Positions 10,334 to 20,945 of a DNA stretch of 64,000 nucleotides are shown here, one piece after another. A model generated the notes under the pieces. That model searched no databases. It was not told the origin of the DNA and was given only the letters and a program-made list of their open reading frames with translations. Each line of letters starts with the position of its first letter. Within the stretch, counting starts at the first letter, position 1. The DNA comes from Kerstersia sp. Its GTDB lineage: Bacteria > Pseudomonadota > Gammaproteobacteria > Burkholderiales > Burkholderiaceae_B. Where the stretch lies: the NCBI RefSeq assembly GCF_052103615.1, contig NZ_JBQEKA010000005.1, positions 11,357 to 75,356 of the forward strand, written 5' to 3'. The position numbers and the translations under genes are program-made.

Positions 10334-11208
10334 ATATCGGACAATTCGGCATAGATAGCGTTTCGCTTGCCGGGCCCTTGCAGGCCCGTCTGGCTGCCTC
10401 GCAAGCCGCCGGCTTCACCCGCATCTGCCTGACCGCCCAGGATCTGGTCGAACACCCGCAGGGTCTGGACGACGCCATCAGTCTGGTGCGCCATAGCGGC
10501 CTGGAAGTCACCGCGCTGCAGGCGCTGCGCGATTACGAAGGTTTGCCCGGCCTGCTGCGCGAATACAAGACGGATATTGCCAAGCACCTGCTGGAACTCT
10601 GCCAGGCATTGGATTGCCGCGTGCTGATTGCCAGCGCCTCGACCTCCGGCCACGCCAGCCAGGATCAGGACATCATCGCCACCGATCTGCGGCGCCTGGC
10701 CACCCTGGCCATTCCGCTGAACATCCGGATTGCCTACGAGGCCATTTCCTGGGCGCGCACCGTCAATGATTACCGCCTGGCCTGGAATATCGTGGAAGCG
10801 GCCGACAGCCCCAACCTCGGGCTGGTGCTCGACTCTTACCACATCCTGGCCACGGCCACCCCGCTGGCCGACCTGAGCGATATTTCCCCGGAAAAAATCT
10901 TCCTGGTGCAGCTGGCGGATTTTCTCTGGCACAGCGTGGAAACCGCCAGCGAACGCCGCGCCGCCGCCAGGCATTTCCGTGTGTTTCCCGGCGAAGGCCC
11001 GCACAATGCCCAGTTGACGGATATTGTGATGCGGCTGCATGAGATCGGCTATACCGGCCCGTACAGTTTCGAAGTCTTCAATGATGACTACCGCCAGCTA
11101 CCCGCTGCGCTGGTGGCGCAGCGCGCCCACCGCGCCGCCGCCTGGCTGAGCGAAGCGGTACTGCGGCAATCCGCGCCCATGCCGGTGTTCAATCGCCAGG
11201 CTGGTTAA
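10330..11208 (+). CDS. Sugar phosphate isomerase/epimerase TIM-barrel protein, probable 3-dehydroshikimate dehydratase catalytic domain
   Basis: Motifs IAYEAISW, LVLDSYH, FLVQLAD, RHFRVFPGEG, SFEVFND; ATGA overlap with the upstream gene. Confidence 0.75.
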   Translation: MNIGQFGIDSVSLAGPLQARLAASQAAGFTRICLTAQDLVEHPQGLDDAISLVRHSGLEVTALQALRDYEGLPGLLREYKTDIAKHLLELCQALDCRVLIASASTSGHASQDQDIIATDLRRLATLAIPLNIRIAYEAISWARTVNDYRLAWNIVEAADSPNLGLVLDSYHILATATPLADLSDISPEKIFLVQLADFLWHSVETASERRAAARHFRVFPGEGPHNAQLTDIVMRLHEIGYTGPYSFEVFNDDYRQLPAALVAQRAHRAAAWLSEAVLRQSAPMPVFNRQAG

Positions 11209-11319
11209 AACCGCCCCCGCCGTACACCGGCGGGACGGCCCGCACGCCTGCCGCCGTCCCGTCAGCGCATCATCATCGCCATCGCCAGCATTGGGCCTTG
11301 CCAGACGCCTAGGCCTGGA

Positions 11320-12498
11320 TTACTCCACCCGCCGCATATCAAACAAGCGCTCATGCTCGCGCATGGCGTAGCGGTCTGTCATGCCGGCAATATAGTCAGC
11401 AATGGCCCGGGCCTGCCCGGCCTTGTCCTGGTGCCGGTAATCCGGCGGCAACAGACGAGGGTCATCCAGAAACGCCGCGTACAGCTCGCGCACAATGCGC
11501 CGCGCCTTGCCCGTCATGCGCATGACCTTGTAGTGACGGTACAGATGCTCAAACAGGAAGTGCTTCAGCTCGTCGCTTTCGCGCCGCAAAACCGGTGAAA
11601 ATCCGGCCAGCAAGGGCGCCGCGCGAACCGCATCGGCACTCGCTGGCGCATGCTCGGCAATGCGCCCGGCCGTCGCCACCGTCAAATCCAGGATCAGCGT
11701 TCCTATCATTTGACGGATGGTTTCCGCCACCAGCCGCCGCTCCGGCAATGCCGGGTAACGGGCACTGGCCTCGGCGTAATGGCGCCCGAATACCGGCACC
11801 TCCAGCAGTTGCGGCAATTGCACCAGCCCGGAACGCAGGCCGTCATCAATATCATGATTGTTGTAGGCAATTTCATCAGCCAGATTGGCCAATTGCGCCT
11901 CCAGCGAAGGCTGCGTCCGCGTCAGGAAACGCTGCCCGACTTCGCCCAGCTGACGGGCATGCGATACCGAGCAGTGCTTGAGTATGCCCTCGCGTGTTTC
12001 AAAACACAGATTCAGCCCCTTGAAGTCCGCGTAGCGTTCTTCCAGCTCATCCACGACCCGCAGGCTTTGCAGATTGTGCTCAAAGCCGCCCGCCTCGGGC
12101 GACAGCTCACGCATGCAGGCATTGAGCTCATCCTGCCCCGCATGGCCGAAGGGCGTGTGCCCCAGGTCATGCGCCAGGGAAATCGCTTCGATCAGGTCTT
12201 CATTCAAATGCAGGCTGCGCGCCAGCGTGCGCGCAATCTGCGCCACTTCCAGGCTGTGCGTGAGCCGGGTGCGAAACAGGTCCCCTTCGTGGTTGATGAA
12301 AACCTGGGTCTTGTATTCCAGCCGGCGAAAAGCGCCGGCATGAATAATGCGGTCGCGGTCGCGCTGGAACTCGCTGCGGTTGGACGGCGGAGCTTCGGCT
12401 ACCCGACGGCCCCGCGTCTGGCCGGGGTCGCATGCGTAAGCGCCCAGGCCATTGGCGCCCGGCGCGGGCAGGAGCCTGGCCAGGCGCTCGGCGCTCAT
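11320..12498 (-). CDS. dgt: Deoxyguanosinetriphosphate triphosphohydrolase
   Basis: [20 protein letters not shown] and [12 protein letters not shown] motifs; start overlaps the aroB stop. Confidence 0.95.
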   Translation of the reverse strand: MSAERLARLLPAPGANGLGAYACDPGQTRGRRVAEAPPSNRSEFQRDRDRIIHAGAFRRLEYKTQVFINHEGDLFRTRLTHSLEVAQIARTLARSLHLNEDLIEAISLAHDLGHTPFGHAGQDELNACMRELSPEAGGFEHNLQSLRVVDELEERYADFKGLNLCFETREGILKHCSVSHARQLGEVGQRFLTRTQPSLEAQLANLADEIAYNNHDIDDGLRSGLVQLPQLLEVPVFGRHYAEASARYPALPERRLVAETIRQMIGTLILDLTVATAGRIAEHAPASADAVRAAPLLAGFSPVLRRESDELKHFLFEHLYRHYKVMRMTGKARRIVRELYAAFLDDPRLLPPDYRHQDKAGQARAIADYIAGMTDRYAMREHERLFDMRRVE

Positions 12499-13586
12499 GC
12501 CGGCGTCCCGCAAGCCACCGTGCGCGACAGCACCGCACGCACAGCGTCGTCCGGTGCGGTACGGGTGATGGCGCGGCCGATTTCCGGCGTCAGCACAAAA
12601 CGAATTTCCCCGGCGGCGGCCTTTTTATCGACCTTCATCAGCTCGAACCAGCGCTGCTCGCCCAGATCCGGCGCCTGCACCGGGCAGCCCAGCGCCGCCA
12701 CCACCTTTCGCACACGCTCGACTTCCGCGCGCGGCAAGCCCTCTACTTCGGCGGACAGCTCGGCTGCCTGCACCAGCCCGCAACCCACGGCTTCGCCGTG
12801 CAGCCACTTGCCGTAGCCCAGACCGGCCTCAATAGCATGGCCAAACGTGTGGCCCAGATTCAGCACCGCGCGGATACCGGTTTCCCGCTCATCCTGCGAC
12901 ACGACCCAGGCTTTCAGCTCGCAGGAGCGGCGGATGGCATAGCCCATGGCCTGCGGATCCAGCTCACGCAAGGCCTGAGCGTTGGTTTCGCACCACTCGA
13001 AAAATTCGCGGTCCAGGATCAGACCATATTTCACGACCTCAGCCAGGCCTGCCGAAATTTCCCGCGCCGGCAGGCTGCGCAGCACATCCGTGTCGATTTC
13101 CACGGCCACCGGCTGGTAGAAAGCACCCACCATATTCTTGCCTAGCGGATGATTGATGCCCGTTTTGCCGCCGACCGAGGAATCCACCTGCGCCAGCAGC
13201 GTGGTAGGCACCTGCACAAAGCGGATCCCGCGCATATAGGAGGCCGCCGCAAACCCGGCGATATCGCCGGTCACGCCGCCGCCCAGCGCCACAATCACCG
13301 CGCGCCGGTCGCATTTCTGGCGCAGCATGGCGTCGAAAATCAATTGCAGGGTTTCCCAGGTCTTGTATTGCTCGCCGTCCGGCAACAAGACATCGAACAC
13401 CGGCTTGCCGCTGGCAGCCAGCGCCTGGCGCACGCGGTCCCCATAAATCGCGTCTATCGTCGGATTCGTCACCAGCGCAATGCGTGTCGCATCAGCCGGA
13501 ATCGCCCCAGCCAGGGCATCCAGCCGACCTGGCGCGATGGTGATGGGGTAGTGGCCGCCAGGGGTATCAACGGAAACGACGTTCAT
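12495..13586 (-). CDS. aroB: 3-dehydroquinate synthase
   Basis: [45 protein letters not shown]. Confidence 0.98.
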   Translation of the reverse strand: MNVVSVDTPGGHYPITIAPGRLDALAGAIPADATRIALVTNPTIDAIYGDRVRQALAASGKPVFDVLLPDGEQYKTWETLQLIFDAMLRQKCDRRAVIVALGGGVTGDIAGFAAASYMRGIRFVQVPTTLLAQVDSSVGGKTGINHPLGKNMVGAFYQPVAVEIDTDVLRSLPAREISAGLAEVVKYGLILDREFFEWCETNAQALRELDPQAMGYAIRRSCELKAWVVSQDERETGIRAVLNLGHTFGHAIEAGLGYGKWLHGEAVGCGLVQAAELSAEVEGLPRAEVERVRKVVAALGCPVQAPDLGEQRWFELMKVDKKAAAGEIRFVLTPEIGRAITRTAPDDAVRAVLSRTVACGTPA

Positions 13587-13613
13587 GGGTTCTTCTCAAA
13601 TGACAATGCGGTT

Positions 13614-14291
13614 TTATGACTTGCTGCCAGGCGCAAGGCTGGCATGAACAGCAACCGGAGCGCCCGCGGGGGGCAGTGGGCCAACTTCCTTTTCAATATT
13701 CTGCAGCAGCGGCACCAGGTTCTTCAGCACCTGGGAAATCGACACACTGCCGGTATCGACCACGATATCGGCCACTTCTTCATAGATAGGCTCGCGCCGC
13801 GCCAGTAAATCGCGCAGCGTGGTCCGCGGATCGCTGGTCGCCAGCAAGGGCCGGTTGCGGTCCGAGCAGGTGCGGCGCCAAAGTTCATCGACAGAAGCGC
13901 GCAAATAAACAACAATGCCGCGTTGCTTGAGCAACACGCGATTTTCCTGCGCCACTGGCGCGCCGCCCCCTGTTGCCAGGATAATGCTGCGCTGACGCGT
14001 GCATTCTTCCAGAGCCGCAGTTTCCCGGCGCCGGAAACCTGCTTCGCCCTCGATCTCGAAAATGACGGGCACGCGCACGCCGCAACGGGCTTCCAGCTCG
14101 TGGTCCAGGTCGAGAAACTCCCTGCCGCAGGCCCGCGCCAGCCGCTTGCCTATGGTGGTTTTGCCCGCGCCCATCATACCTACCAGAAAAATAGGCAGGT
14201 CATGATGCAACCAAGTTACGCGTTCGCCATCTAAGGATGAAGCCGCTGGTGACGAATCCGGCGGCAAGGAAGAAATTGCATTCATTCGCAC
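13614..14291 (-). CDS. aroK: Shikimate kinase
   Basis: GMMGAGKTT Walker A, IFEIEGEAGFRRRE, RPLL. Confidence 0.96.
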   Translation of the reverse strand: MRMNAISSLPPDSSPAASSLDGERVTWLHHDLPIFLVGMMGAGKTTIGKRLARACGREFLDLDHELEARCGVRVPVIFEIEGEAGFRRRETAALEECTRQRSIILATGGGAPVAQENRVLLKQRGIVVYLRASVDELWRRTCSDRNRPLLATSDPRTTLRDLLARREPIYEEVADIVVDTGSVSISQVLKNLVPLLQNIEKEVGPLPPAGAPVAVHASLAPGSKS

Positions 14292-14409
14292 ATTATCCCA
14301 TCGCGACGCGCGTCGCGGGGGCTAAACTGCGCGATCGGGACAGCATATCCGGGCGCCGTAACGAAAATTTGCCCGTTCTGTCGTCGCCTGCCCTTTAAAA
14401 TCCCCGGTC

Positions 14410-16869
14410 ATGAGTAAAACCGCCAATTCGAAATCCTCCGACACGCCCCGCCGCAAGTTTTCCTTGGGCCGTTTCCTGACGAAAGCCGCCGTGCTCTGCG
14501 CCGGCCTGGGCCTGGCTGTCGCGCTGCTGGTCGGCCTGGCGCTGGCCCTGGCCTGGCCCAACCTGCCAGAGCTGCACGCGATGACCGACTACCGGCCGCG
14601 TGTGCCGCTGCGCGTCTATACCGCCGATAACGTCCTGATCGGCGAGTTCGGTGAAGAACGCCGCAATGTGTTGCGCATTGACGAAATCCCGGACGTCATG
14701 AAATCCGCCATGCTGGCCGCCGAAGATGACAATTTCTATCATCATGGCGGCATTGACTGGCGTGGCGTGGCGCGCGCCGGCCTGACCAACATGCTCAACA
14801 TGTCCAAGAGTCAGGGCGCCAGCACCATCACCATGCAGGTGGCGCGGAACTTCTATTTGTCTTCCGACAAAACCTACTCGCGCAAATTCTATGAGCTGCT
14901 GCTGACGTTCAAGATCGAGGCCAATCTGACCAAGGATCAGATTCTCGAGCTCTACATGAACCAGATTTACCTGGGCCACCGCTCCTACGGCTTTGCGGCC
15001 GCCGCGCGCACCTATTTCGGCAAGCCGCTCTCCGAGATCACGACGGCAGAAGCCGCCATGCTGGCCGGTATTCCCAAGGCGCCTTCGCGTATCAACCCGA
15101 TCGCCAACCTGGCCCGCGCCACGACTCGCCAGCGCTATGTGCTGAACCGCATGCGGCAGCTCGGCTATATCACCGAAGACGAATATCAGACCGCCATCGC
15201 CCAGCCCATCACGCTGCGCTCCATGCAGGGGTCGCGTTCCGGCGGGTATGCCGTGCATGGCGAATATGTCGCTGAGCTGGCCCGTCAATTGCTGTACGAC
15301 GTCTATCAGGATGACCTGTATGGCCGCGGGCTGAATGTCTATACGACCGTCACTTCGCAGGAACAGGAACAGGCTTACCGCGCCCTGCGCAATGGTGTGC
15401 TGGATTACACCCGCCGGTCTCGCTATCCCGGCCCCGAAGCGCAGCTCGATCTGCCCGACGGCCTGGAAAACAACGCCGCCGCCTTTGATGAATTCCTCGA
15501 TGGCGTGCTGGAACAGTACCCAGACAGCGATGACCTGCTGACTGGCGTCGTGCTGTCGGCCAGCCCGACGGAAATCCGCGTGGCTCGCACGGCCTCGGAA
15601 ATCCACACCATCACCGATAAAAAGACTCTGGCTATCGTGGCCCGCGCCCTGGCCAGCACCGCCAAGCCCGACGAACAGCTGCGCCGCGGCTCGGTCGTGC
15701 ATCTGCACAAGAACGGCGATGGCTGGGAAGTCATCAACCTGCCCGCCGTACAGGCTGCCTTTGTCGCGGTATCACCGGACGATGGCGCCATCCGCGCCAT
15801 GGTTGGCGGCTTCGACTTCGACCGCGGCAAGTTCAACCGCGTGACGCAAGCCTGGCGCCAGCCTGGCTCCGTCTTCAAGCCCTTCATCTACGCCGCCGCC
15901 CTGGAGCGCGGCATGACCCCGGGCACGCAAATCTCCGACCAGCCCTTCACGCTGACGGCCGCGCAAACCGGCTCGCGCCCGTGGACCCCGAAGAACTACG
16001 GCGGCGGCTATGAAAATATGCTGACGATGCGCACGGGGCTCTACAAGTCCAAGAATATGGTGTCCATCCGTATTCTGCAGGCCATCACGCCGGCTTATGC
16101 GCAGGAATACATCGCCCGTTTCGGCTTTGACCCGGCGCGCCATCCGGCAGTGCTGCCCATGGCCCTGGGCGCAGGCTCCGTCACGCCCTTGCAGCTGGCC
16201 AGCGCCTATGCCGTCTTTGCCAATGGCGGCTACCGTGTCGAGCCCTACCTGATCCAGCGTGTGACCGACAGCGAAGGCAAAGTCCTGATGCGCGCCAACC
16301 CGGCAGTGGCGGGTGACGTCCAGGCCAGGGTGATTGACCCGCGCACGGCCTATGTCATGGATGACCTGCTGCGCGGCGTCGCCACCTCCGGCACAGCCGC
16401 CCGCGCCCGCGCTGCGCTGCAGCGCAACGACATGGGTGGCAAGACGGGTACCACCAATGAATCCCACGATGCCTGGTTTGCCGGTTATACGCCGCACCTG
16501 TCAGGCGTCGCCTGGATGGGCTTCGACAATCCGCGCTCGCTGGGTTCGCGCGAAACCGGCGGCGGCGTCGCCATGCCGATCTGGGTCAGCTTCATGTCGC
16601 AGGCGCTCAAGGGGAAACCGGAAAGCCGCCAGTCCAAGCCGGATGGCCTGATCAGCGAAAACGGCGATCTGTACTTCGCCGAATTCCCGCCAGGGCAAGC
16701 CATCGCCAGCGTCGGCCTGCCAACGCCGGACACGCTGGGCGAGTTCCTGATGAACCTGCCTGCCGCGGAAGGGGAAGCCATTCCCATCCGCTCGGACAAC
16801 AATGCTCAACCCTCCATGAGCAACGACGAGCTGGGACAATTGCTGAACCGCCTGGAACGCAATAACTAA
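14410..16869 (+). CDS. mrcA: Penicillin-binding protein 1A
   Basis: Transglycosylase motifs EDDNF and GASTITMQ; transpeptidase motifs SVFK, SKN, KTG. Confidence 0.96.
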   Translation: MSKTANSKSSDTPRRKFSLGRFLTKAAVLCAGLGLAVALLVGLALALAWPNLPELHAMTDYRPRVPLRVYTADNVLIGEFGEERRNVLRIDEIPDVMKSAMLAAEDDNFYHHGGIDWRGVARAGLTNMLNMSKSQGASTITMQVARNFYLSSDKTYSRKFYELLLTFKIEANLTKDQILELYMNQIYLGHRSYGFAAAARTYFGKPLSEITTAEAAMLAGIPKAPSRINPIANLARATTRQRYVLNRMRQLGYITEDEYQTAIAQPITLRSMQGSRSGGYAVHGEYVAELARQLLYDVYQDDLYGRGLNVYTTVTSQEQEQAYRALRNGVLDYTRRSRYPGPEAQLDLPDGLENNAAAFDEFLDGVLEQYPDSDDLLTGVVLSASPTEIRVARTASEIHTITDKKTLAIVARALASTAKPDEQLRRGSVVHLHKNGDGWEVINLPAVQAAFVAVSPDDGAIRAMVGGFDFDRGKFNRVTQAWRQPGSVFKPFIYAAALERGMTPGTQISDQPFTLTAAQTGSRPWTPKNYGGGYENMLTMRTGLYKSKNMVSIRILQAITPAYAQEYIARFGFDPARHPAVLPMALGAGSVTPLQLASAYAVFANGGYRVEPYLIQRVTDSEGKVLMRANPAVAGDVQARVIDPRTAYVMDDLLRGVATSGTAARARAALQRNDMGGKTGTTNESHDAWFAGYTPHLSGVAWMGFDNPRSLGSRETGGGVAMPIWVSFMSQALKGKPESRQSKPDGLISENGDLYFAEFPPGQAIASVGLPTPDTLGEFLMNLPAAEGEAIPIRSDNNAQPSMSNDELGQLLNRLERNN

Positions 16870-17078
16870 GCCTGCCATCACTAAACGTGCCATAACTCGG
16901 CACGCAACAGCCGGCACAGCACAGTGTGCTCAGCGCTCCAAGCGCAAAAAAACGGCCAGATACTTGTGTATCTGGCCGTTTTCACATGGCAGCGCCGCCA
17001 CATTCATACGCTAAGCGGCGGCTGGCCCGGACGGCGGCCAAGCCACGGCGGGCCGGGCCGCTTCGGTCTGCGCGGCGT

Positions 17079-17411
17079 TCAGAGCTTGAGCACCAGCGTT
17101 TCGCCGCTGGCATTCGAACAGATTTGCGACACAGCATCCTGCAAATCCGGGCCGCCGCGTGTGTCTTGCCAGGTTTTATCGTCCACCAGGCGATAATGGA
17201 AGCCGCCACTGCGTGCTGCTACCCAGATTTCCCGCATGGCGGCCTGGCTGTTTATCACAACCTGTTCGCCGTTTTCAAAAGCCAGCGTCAGCACATTGCC
17301 GCTGAAGCTGGCCTCGATATCGACATCGGCCGTGGCATTCCAGTCATCCACCTGCCTTTCTATGGTTTCCAGCACAGCATGGGCTCGCGCCAGGAATTCA
17401 GTTTCAGTCAT
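17079..17411 (-). CDS. cyaY: Iron donor protein CyaY (frataxin)
   Basis: MTETEFL start, GNVLTL, VINSQAAMREIWVAARSGGFHY. Confidence 0.95.
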   Translation of the reverse strand: MTETEFLARAHAVLETIERQVDDWNATADVDIEASFSGNVLTLAFENGEQVVINSQAAMREIWVAARSGGFHYRLVDDKTWQDTRGGPDLQDAVSQICSNASGETLVLKL

Positions 17412-17444
17412 AATCGTACCTTGCACGCATTAACGGAGTTTCCA

Positions 17445-17594
17445 GTGTTCACATTGGCCCGCTTACGCTCGGCCTGCCGCATTTTAGCCAGCATAGTCCT
17501 TATCGGGCAGTTGCTCGCCTGCGGTTACAAAGGCCCCTTGTATCTGCCATCCTCGCAGTCCGAGACTGCGACTACCTCTTCTCCCGCAACATGA
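17445..17594 (+). CDS. lptM: Small lipoprotein, LptM/YifL family
   Basis: GTG start after GGAG; lipobox LLA-C followed by GYKGPLYLP; stop overlaps the lysA start, matching the known cyaY/lptM-lysA synteny. Confidence 0.85.
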   Translation: MFTLARLRSACRILASIVLIGQLLACGYKGPLYLPSSQSETATTSSPAT

Positions 17595-18904
17595 GCCTAC
17601 ACCCCAGCGTTCCCGCCACCCTGCCCGAACCCGTCGGCGCCCCTTATTTCCACTACGAGCATGGCGAGCTGTACGCCGAAGGCGTGCCGGTCAGCGACCT
17701 GGCGCGCCTGCATGGCACGCCGCTCTATGTTTACTCACGCGCCGCCCTGCGTGCGGCCTGGCAGCGTTTCGCCGATGCCATCAACGGGCGCGACGCGCTG
17801 GTGTGCTACGGCATGAAAGCCAATTCCAACCTGGCCGTGCTGCGTGAATTCGCCCGCCTGGGCGCCGGATTCGATATCGTGTCCGGCGGCGAACTGGCCC
17901 GGGTCCAGGCTGCTGGCGGCGATCCTGGCAAAGTGGTGTTCTCCGGGGTAGGCAAACAAACCTGGGAACTGGAAGCAGCACTCCACGCCGGCGTGCGCTG
18001 CTTCAATGTGGAATCCGTCGCTGAATTGCAGCATCTTTCAGCCACCGCGGCCCGGCTAGGCCTGAAGGCGCCGGTATCGCTGCGCGTGAACCCGGATGTG
18101 GACGCCCATACCCACCCCTATATTTCCACCGGCCTGAAAGAAAACAAGTTTGGCATCGCCATTGAAGAAGCCGTCGCCGCCTACCGCCTGGCCGCCAAAC
18201 TGCCGGGCCTGGAAATCGTGGGGGTGGATTGCCATATCGGTTCTCAGCTGACCGAAATCGACCCGTACCTGGACGCGCTCGACAAACTGCTGGATCTGAT
18301 CGACGCCCTGGCAGCCGAAAACATCCGCCTGCGCCATCTGGACATCGGCGGCGGCGTCGGCATCCGCTATCGCGACGAACAGCCGCTATCCCTGCGCGCC
18401 CTGCTGGACGAAGTCTTCCGCCGCGTGGCCGCGCGCGGCCATGGCAATCTGCAACTCGTCATGGAGCCCGGCCGGTCGCTGGTCGGCAATGCCGGCATTC
18501 TCGTGACTGAAGTGCTGTATCTGAAGCATGCCGAAGCCAAAAACTTCGCCATTATCGACGCGGCCATGACTGACCTCATCCGGCCCACGCTGTATGACGC
18601 CTGGCACGGCGTGCTGCCCGTCAAAACACCGGCCAGCGATACCGCCGCCGCCCATTACGATATCGTCGGCCCGGTCTGTGAAAGCGGCGATTGGCTGGCG
18701 CGCGACCGCCAATTGGCGCTGCGCCAGGGCGATTTGCTGGCCATTGAATCGGCAGGCGCCTATGCCTTCGTGATGAGCAGCCAGTACAACACCCGGCCAC
18801 GCGCCGCAGAAGTCCTGGTGGACGGCACCGTGGCGCATCTGATACGCAAACGCGAACAAATCGCCGAGCTCTTCGCCAGCGAGATGCTGCCGCCGGACGC
18901 CTGA
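17591..18904 (+). CDS. lysA: Diaminopimelate decarboxylase
   Basis: YGMKANSN PLP lysine, HIGSQ, EPGR, GPVCESGD. Confidence 0.97.
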   Translation: MSLHPSVPATLPEPVGAPYFHYEHGELYAEGVPVSDLARLHGTPLYVYSRAALRAAWQRFADAINGRDALVCYGMKANSNLAVLREFARLGAGFDIVSGGELARVQAAGGDPGKVVFSGVGKQTWELEAALHAGVRCFNVESVAELQHLSATAARLGLKAPVSLRVNPDVDAHTHPYISTGLKENKFGIAIEEAVAAYRLAAKLPGLEIVGVDCHIGSQLTEIDPYLDALDKLLDLIDALAAENIRLRHLDIGGGVGIRYRDEQPLSLRALLDEVFRRVAARGHGNLQLVMEPGRSLVGNAGILVTEVLYLKHAEAKNFAIIDAAMTDLIRPTLYDAWHGVLPVKTPASDTAAAHYDIVGPVCESGDWLARDRQLALRQGDLLAIESAGAYAFVMSSQYNTRPRAAEVLVDGTVAHLIRKREQIAELFASEMLPPDA

Positions 18905-18946
18905 CAGCCGCCCCCTAAGCGCGGGGCGCAGCGCGGCATGTCCCTG

Positions 18947-18978
18947 AAAAACCGGCAGGCAACTGCCGGTTTTTTTTA
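18947..18978 (+). terminator. Intrinsic terminator after lysA
   Basis: AAAAACCGGCAG-GCAA-CTGCCGGTTTTTTTT, a GNRA-loop hairpin with a U tail. Confidence 0.88.
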
Positions 18979-19051
18979 TTGCTTGCTGGCTGGGCAGAAT
19001 CCCTGCCCTGCCCCTGTCACAGCCGGCGTTCAGCGTTTATCATACCTGCCA

Positions 19052-19070
19052 GCAAATGAGAACGCTTACT
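19052..19070 (+). promoter_or_regulatory. Weak Fur-box-like site
   Basis: GCAAATGAGAACGCTTACT matches 11/19 of GATAATGATAATCATTATC, with an AATGAGAA core. Confidence 0.35.
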
Positions 19071-19155
19071 TCTAGCGTTCCCTGATTTCCACGCGGGCGC
19101 TGCGGCTCCCTTCCTTCACGCTTGCCGCCGCCCTATCACCAGGACCTCACACCGC

Positions 19156-20130
19156 ATGTTCCGTTCCGCCCTCATGCTGGCAGCCGCGCTATTGCTCAGC
19201 GGCTGTCTTTCGACCTCGAATATCACCACCATAGATGCCCCTGAAAAACTGCAGGCTATCACTGCCCTGCAAGGGCTGGAACGGGACCGCCAGGCCATCC
19301 TGGCCATGCAGGGCGAATACGAAGTCGGCTTTGCTTTCGATGAAATCGACCCAGCCCCTGGTTATGAGCCCAAGCCGCCCAAGCGCAGCGGCGCTTTCGA
19401 ACTGGTGCTGGTTGAAGAAGACACGGGCAAGAACATCGTCCTGCAGCATCTGCTCGTGCATCGCACACTGGGTTTCGTGATCAAGCACTGGCGCCAGGAT
19501 TGGCACTACGAAGCCCCCTCCCGCCTGGTCTTCACGGATGACCAGACCTGGCGTCTGGAACCCATCCCGGCGGAACAGACGGCAGGCGCCTGGACCCAAT
19601 GCGTGTATGAAGTCAGCGACGCGCCGCGCTACTGCGGCACCGGCAAATGGCGCTATGACAGCGGCGAGCCGGTCTGGACCTCGGACGCCGGCTGGCGCCC
19701 CTTGCCGCGCCGTGAATACAGCACCCGCAACGATTACAACGCCGTCGGCATGGTCAACCGTCACCGCATTACCCGCGACGGCTGGCGCCACGAGCAGGAC
19801 AACCGCAAAGTCATCCGTGAAAACGGCCAGGAAGTTGCCACGCTGGTGCAAGAACATGGCGTCAACACCTACCGTCATATCCGCGGCTTCAACTTCAATA
19901 GCGGCTACCGCTACTGGAATGACAACAGCCGCGCCTACTGGCAGCGTATCCGGGCGGAATGGCAACGCCGGGCCGAACAAAACGGCGGCATCCGCCTGAA
20001 CTATCCGGTCGATGGCATGGACATGATCTGGAATATGTACTGGCAATCGGAAGCCGCGCGCCAGGGCAACCGGGAGGTCGGCAACGAAGAAATCGTGGAA
20101 TTGTTCGAACCCTGGGTGGCCGCGCCCTGA
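19156..20130 (+). CDS. Lipoprotein of unknown function (DUF6607-like)
   Basis: Lipobox LLSG-C; IKHWRQDWHYE, WTQCVYEVSDAPRY and PLPRREY motifs recalled for DUF6607. Confidence 0.65.
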   Translation: MFRSALMLAAALLLSGCLSTSNITTIDAPEKLQAITALQGLERDRQAILAMQGEYEVGFAFDEIDPAPGYEPKPPKRSGAFELVLVEEDTGKNIVLQHLLVHRTLGFVIKHWRQDWHYEAPSRLVFTDDQTWRLEPIPAEQTAGAWTQCVYEVSDAPRYCGTGKWRYDSGEPVWTSDAGWRPLPRREYSTRNDYNAVGMVNRHRITRDGWRHEQDNRKVIRENGQEVATLVQEHGVNTYRHIRGFNFNSGYRYWNDNSRAYWQRIRAEWQRRAEQNGGIRLNYPVDGMDMIWNMYWQSEAARQGNREVGNEEIVELFEPWVAAP

Positions 20131-20224
20131 TAGGCGCTGAGGGCGCCTGATTGTCCCCTATTGCCCCCCTGCTGCGCCCCAATGCTACCTGCCGCGCCCG
20201 TCTTGCCGCGCTGCGGCAGAACGC

Positions 20225-20737
20225 CTAAGGGGTATCGTCCGCGGTGGATGCCTGGCCCGCCGTCCGGCGCGCCAGCATCTCCTGCATGACATCCTGCAGG
20301 GGAATCACCCCTGCCGTCCGTGATTTCCCGGCATGCCCCAGCATATCAGCCAGGGTATGGGCATCCAGCGTGGCCATGAACGCTTGCAGAGCCTGGTGCA
20401 ACAGGCCCTGCAAGCTACAGGAATCTGTCAGCAGGCAGGCCCGATCCGGCTCCTGCGGCCCAAAACAGGCCACCAGCGCCATATCGTCCTCCATGGCCCG
20501 CACCACATCGCCAATACTGATTTCAGCCGGCTGAAGCAGCAACCGGATCCCTCCGCCCTTGCCGCGCAGCGTTTCAATAAAACCTTTGCGGCCTAGCTCG
20601 TGCACCACCTTGACCAGGTGGTTTTCGGAAATGCCATAGAACTCGGCCACGGAAGCAATGGACGTCAAACGGCCGCGCTGCTGTCCCAAGTACATCAGCG
20701 TGCGCAAGGCATAGTCCGTTTTCAGCGTCAATCTCAT
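20225..20737 (-). CDS. nsrR: Rrf2-family Fe-S regulator, NsrR-like
   Basis: MRLTLKTDYALRTL, NHLVKVV, RGKGGGIRL and three Cys (VACF, RACL, SCSL); NsrR boxes in the adjacent spacer. Confidence 0.85.
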   Translation of the reverse strand: MRLTLKTDYALRTLMYLGQQRGRLTSIASVAEFYGISENHLVKVVHELGRKGFIETLRGKGGGIRLLLQPAEISIGDVVRAMEDDMALVACFGPQEPDRACLLTDSCSLQGLLHQALQAFMATLDAHTLADMLGHAGKSRTAGVIPLQDVMQEMLARRTAGQASTADDTP

Positions 20738-20905
20738 TGCATATCCATCAAGCCATCAAGGGCTGTCCTGCCCGCCGCCATGCGGTCCACAGCCATCCAG
20801 CCAGCAAGCATCTGACGGGCAAGCGCGCCGCCAGCAAATTCCAAGGGTACTCAAATCGTCCCGCAGGCGCCAGCGCCGCCCCCGCGATGTCGCGACGCAA
20901 CATCA

Positions 20906-20930
20906 AAAGATGCATTTCACTTGCATCTTT
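20906..20930. promoter_or_regulatory. NsrR box 1
   Basis: AAAGATGCA-TTTCACT-TGCATCTTT, a perfect 9-bp inverted repeat matching the 11-1-11 NsrR consensus AAGATGCATTTnAAATGCATCTT. Confidence 0.85.
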
Positions 20931-20945
20931 AATCGCGAACGCTAT

